Assembly (NCBI GenBank): GCA_039795895.1
Contig: JBDKKW010000003.1
Location: forward strand, 1-61,899
Length of the DNA stretch: 61,899 bases
DNA from: Candidatus Parcubacteria bacterium
Lineage (GTDB): Bacteria; Patescibacteriota; Minisyncoccia; Phycocordibacterales; JBAYGS01
Reading direction: 5' to 3'
Shown here: positions 59,508 through 61,899 of the stretch, one piece after another
How the letters are laid out: each line of letters opens with the position of its first letter
How positions within the stretch are numbered: the stretch's first letter is position 1
Program-made: the position numbers and the translations under genes
Notes under the pieces: generated by a model
Database searches by the model: none
Seen by the model: only the letters and a program-made list of their open reading frames with translations
What the model was told of the DNA's origin: nothing

Positions 59508-61199
59508 TTATTTGATTATTCGATCCGGCACATACAGCGCGGACACGTCTTTGAGTCCCATGTCCCACTCACCGCCGAAGCCGGAGTTGCTCCAAATCTC
59601 GATCTTGAATTGAATCTTTTTCGATCGAGCGTTGAAGCGAAGCATTTTGTTGACCTTTGCGACGTTCTCGTTTCCTTTGATCGTGCCGAGCTTCTTGAAC
59701 GGCGTGATTGCAACGAAGTCACCGGACTGGATAAACCCTTGCGAGCCTCCGACGTAGTACAGGGTTTCGTCCAAGTCGATGCGACCGGTCGAAGTGTTGA
59801 TGGCTTTGATGTGTCGCGTCTGGCCGGCGGCTGGACCCGCAAGCACGATCACTTCATCGCCGATCTCGTAGTTGGCGAGACCAAACGGCAGGATTAAATA
59901 ATCCGAACCACCACCCGTTGTGCTCCTCACATCACGCAGGGTTTGTTCGGTGACGTTGTACTTCACTTCAAATCGGGAAAAACTGCTGTTCGGTATCGGC
60001 TTGAAGAAGTTGAGGACTATTTGTTTGAACCGCTTGCGCAGGTACGGCTCATCATCGAGTAGCGGACTGATCCAGTACGCACCGAAGTCGTATGGTCGGA
60101 ACGTGCCGGTGTCGTTGTTCACGTCGATGATGGATTTAATTCCGTCAGTCCACATCACTCGGATGTTGAGGTTGTCGACGAAGAGGCAGTACACGGCAGA
60201 CACTCCGGCCGGCGTCACATGATTCACTGAGTTGTTTGAGAGTCGGTGTTTGAAGTACAGCGCATTGGTTGCAGGGTTGTAGCACCAGATTCCGCAGAAC
60301 TGATTTCGGTGCGCGATGTCGAACGTGTTCGATCCTTTGGCGATATAGATCAGGCCTTGGTAAACCTTGAAGCACTCGGCACGAAGCGAGATGTAATCTT
60401 GGTAGTCCATGTCCGGAAAGCGATTGAGCTTTTCGACACCGACGCCGTTGAAGCGGCAGATCCATCCGTCGCGCATGAGCATGTAGAGCACGTTCTTGTC
60501 GACTGCTCCGGCAAGGCATTCCGTTTGTGTGAGCTGGATGACGCGGTTGTAGGTCTGCGAGTATCCGTCCCAGAAGAACAGTGCTGATCCGAACGTCGGG
60601 TGGTGCGCAGATACGACCAAGTAGTCGGTAAGCGGAGCAAGCCAGCGAATGACGTATCCGGCTGGAAGCGTCAGGCGTCCTGGATTCCACGAGCTCGCGC
60701 CGGTATCCCACGTTGCTAGGTAGTTCTTATTTCCGAAGCAGATAAACTTTAAGAATTTGGTGATCGGCACGAAGTCGAACGCAGTGTTCACGTTGAGCGA
60801 TTGCCACGAGTCGACCCACGTCGTTTTGTCGAAGCGTCCGATCCACGTGCTTCCGGCGTAGTACATGTAATCGTCATCAGCAAACATTCCGCTTCCTCCC
60901 CAGATGTTCACGTTGTCATGCACCTCGACCCAGCTGGAAAAAGTATTCTCAAATATTTTTCCGTTGTTGTGGTTTACGGTGTAGTACCGGTTGTTGAAGT
61001 AGCACGCGAACGACGGCTCATCGAGTGTTGTGGTGATCGTGCTATCCGTTTCCTTAAAGAATTTGTTAGCGACTTTGAGGAATGGAGGATAGAGGTCGAA
61101 TTCCAAACCATTCGAGAACCAGAAAGTACCCTCGCTATTGAGGTTTGAGACTCCCTTGTGGAAGCGCGATGATTTCCAGATTTTCTTTGGTAGTGACAT
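59508..61199 (-). CDS. Large beta-rich structural-looking protein (563 aa), possible tail/nozzle or receptor-binding protein
   Basis: Trp/Tyr/Gly/Asn-rich ORF. Assigned by its position after a 210-aa adaptor-sized gene; no motif recognised. Confidence 0.5.
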   Translation of the reverse strand: MSLPKKIWKSSRFHKGVSNLNSEGTFWFSNGLEFDLYPPFLKVANKFFKETDSTITTTLDEPSFACYFNNRYYTVNHNNGKIFENTFSSWVEVHDNVNIWGGSGMFADDDYMYYAGSTWIGRFDKTTWVDSWQSLNVNTAFDFVPITKFLKFICFGNKNYLATWDTGASSWNPGRLTLPAGYVIRWLAPLTDYLVVSAHHPTFGSALFFWDGYSQTYNRVIQLTQTECLAGAVDKNVLYMLMRDGWICRFNGVGVEKLNRFPDMDYQDYISLRAECFKVYQGLIYIAKGSNTFDIAHRNQFCGIWCYNPATNALYFKHRLSNNSVNHVTPAGVSAVYCLFVDNLNIRVMWTDGIKSIIDVNNDTGTFRPYDFGAYWISPLLDDEPYLRKRFKQIVLNFFKPIPNSSFSRFEVKYNVTEQTLRDVRSTTGGGSDYLILPFGLANYEIGDEVIVLAGPAAGQTRHIKAINTSTGRIDLDETLYYVGGSQGFIQSGDFVAITPFKKLGTIKGNENVAKVNKMLRFNARSKKIQFKIEIWSNSGFGGEWDMGLKDVSALYVPDRIIK

Positions 61200-61203
61200 A
61201 GCG

Positions 61204-61836
61204 TTATACGAGTGAGCTTCTTGGTATCTCCGCTTGATCCGATGCGGATGTCATGCGAGCAAGCTCTTGGTCTCGCCATTTGCCGACCATAAACTTCTCG
61301 AAGTTGACCTCGGCTTGGCGTTCGAGTTCGGTATCGCCTTGCTGGTTGTAGTACATCTTTTTGCCCCACTCGACGTAGGATTGGTGGTAGAGCTTTTCGA
61401 CTTCCGGCTCATCATTGTCTGAAGCGAAGTCATCAGATATGCGCACGTACACGAGGCTCATGCTCAAACCGTCGGCCGTCGGTATCGCAAGCGGATAGAA
61501 ATAACCACCGAGCAGGTAGACCGTGTGATCCTTTCGGTTACTGCGCTCTCTGAAGTCGATCAGGTCGTATGGTTTTGTGTCCGTTCCGATTCTGAGTTCG
61601 ACAAAAGCACGGAACGTATCAGGGACCGGGTATTTCGTCTGGTTTGCGACGCTCGTGTACGGCTGTTCGGTCTTGAGGTAGTCCCAGTAGTCGAACGTCT
61701 GATCACGATCGTCAGCAGGACGCCAGCTCTGCACTTTTTCGTCGGCTCTTTGCACCCATGTGTTCAAGAGTGCATCGTCGATGGTCTGGTCATCGACTTC
61801 GTTTTTTATTGCTGTTTTAATTTGGCCTCGGTTCAT
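61204..61836 (-). CDS. Hypothetical phage-module protein (210 aa), adaptor/tubular-protein sized
   Basis: ORF in the same train, with a 4-nt gap to the next gene. Confidence 0.5.
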   Translation of the reverse strand: MNRGQIKTAIKNEVDDQTIDDALLNTWVQRADEKVQSWRPADDRDQTFDYWDYLKTEQPYTSVANQTKYPVPDTFRAFVELRIGTDTKPYDLIDFRERSNRKDHTVYLLGGYFYPLAIPTADGLSMSLVYVRISDDFASDNDEPEVEKLYHQSYVEWGKKMYYNQQGDTELERQAEVNFEKFMVGKWRDQELARMTSASDQAEIPRSSLV

Positions 61837-61841
61837 AGGGT

Positions 61842-61899
61842 TTAGATGTCATCACGGATGATGATCGAGAGTTGCTTATAGCCGGTCTGAATAAGACCG
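61842..61899 (-). CDS. 3' end of a further minus-strand gene (..GLIQTGYKQLSIIIRDDI), truncated by the window edge
   Basis: Open frame to the edge; stop TAA (reverse complement) at 61842-61844. Confidence 0.35.
   Translation of the reverse strand, partial: GLIQTGYKQLSIIIRDDI

Larger units (their letters stand above)
53795..61899 (-). mobile_element. Phage-like (prophage or phage-derived) structural and lysis module running off the right edge
   Basis: An uninterrupted minus-strand gene train ends in an amidase endolysin plus small membrane proteins. It contains large ORFan structural-looking proteins and is visibly more G+C-rich, with abundant long antisense ORFs. No integrase or att site is visible in the window. 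Confidence 0.55.

Noticed and set aside
56772-60711. Long plus-strand ORFs (56772..57395, 57405..58001, 58992..59897) and an out-of-frame minus-strand ORF (60145..60711)
   Set aside because: All lie wholly inside longer, tightly packed minus-strand genes and have low-complexity Arg/Cys-rich translations. They are typical shadow ORFs of a more G+C-rich region.

Overview
A 61.9-kb stretch of a streamlined bacterial chromosome. The gene content (split transketolase, non-oxidative pentose-phosphate and lower-glycolysis genes, many small ORFan membrane proteins, sortase and LamG surface proteins, almost no biosynthetic operons) suggests a Patescibacteria/CPR (Parcubacteria-like) organism; this is inference only. 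G+C is roughly 45-48% by hand counts. TGA, TAA and TAG all terminate recognisable genes, so the code is standard. Layout: 1-6.5 kb holds a fibre-like S74 protein plus two secreted triple-LamG paralogs. 6.5-15.2 kb holds a carbon-core cluster (gap, rpiB, rpe, split tkt, pfkB-type kinase, fba). 15-27.7 kb holds housekeeping and envelope genes (L25, phosphatidyltransferase, tRNA-Ser, sortase with substrate and ECF sigma, thioredoxin/DsbB pair, LemA/TPM). 27.9-32 kb holds nrdA/nrdB, followed by dinB, RNase P RNA, murJ, leuA, lepA, three more tRNAs, hsp20, valS and tsaD. From about 53.8 kb to the right edge lies a minus-strand phage-like structural and lysis module. No CRISPR array, transposase, integrase or known defence system was recognised. 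The most unusual signals are non-coding. (1) Period-7 TAG/TAA heptamer arrays bracket a four-helix-bundle pseudogene and also sit in frame inside tsaD. (2) Structured inserts flanked by duplicated tRNA 3' ends follow tRNA-Gly and tRNA-Phe, with a related tRNA-like element after tRNA-Ser. (3) A Leu-rich leader peptide plus attenuator lies upstream of an orphan leuA. (4) Recurrent palindromes anchored on stop codons occur around terminators. All coordinates were hand-indexed from the printed sequence, and no search tools were used.
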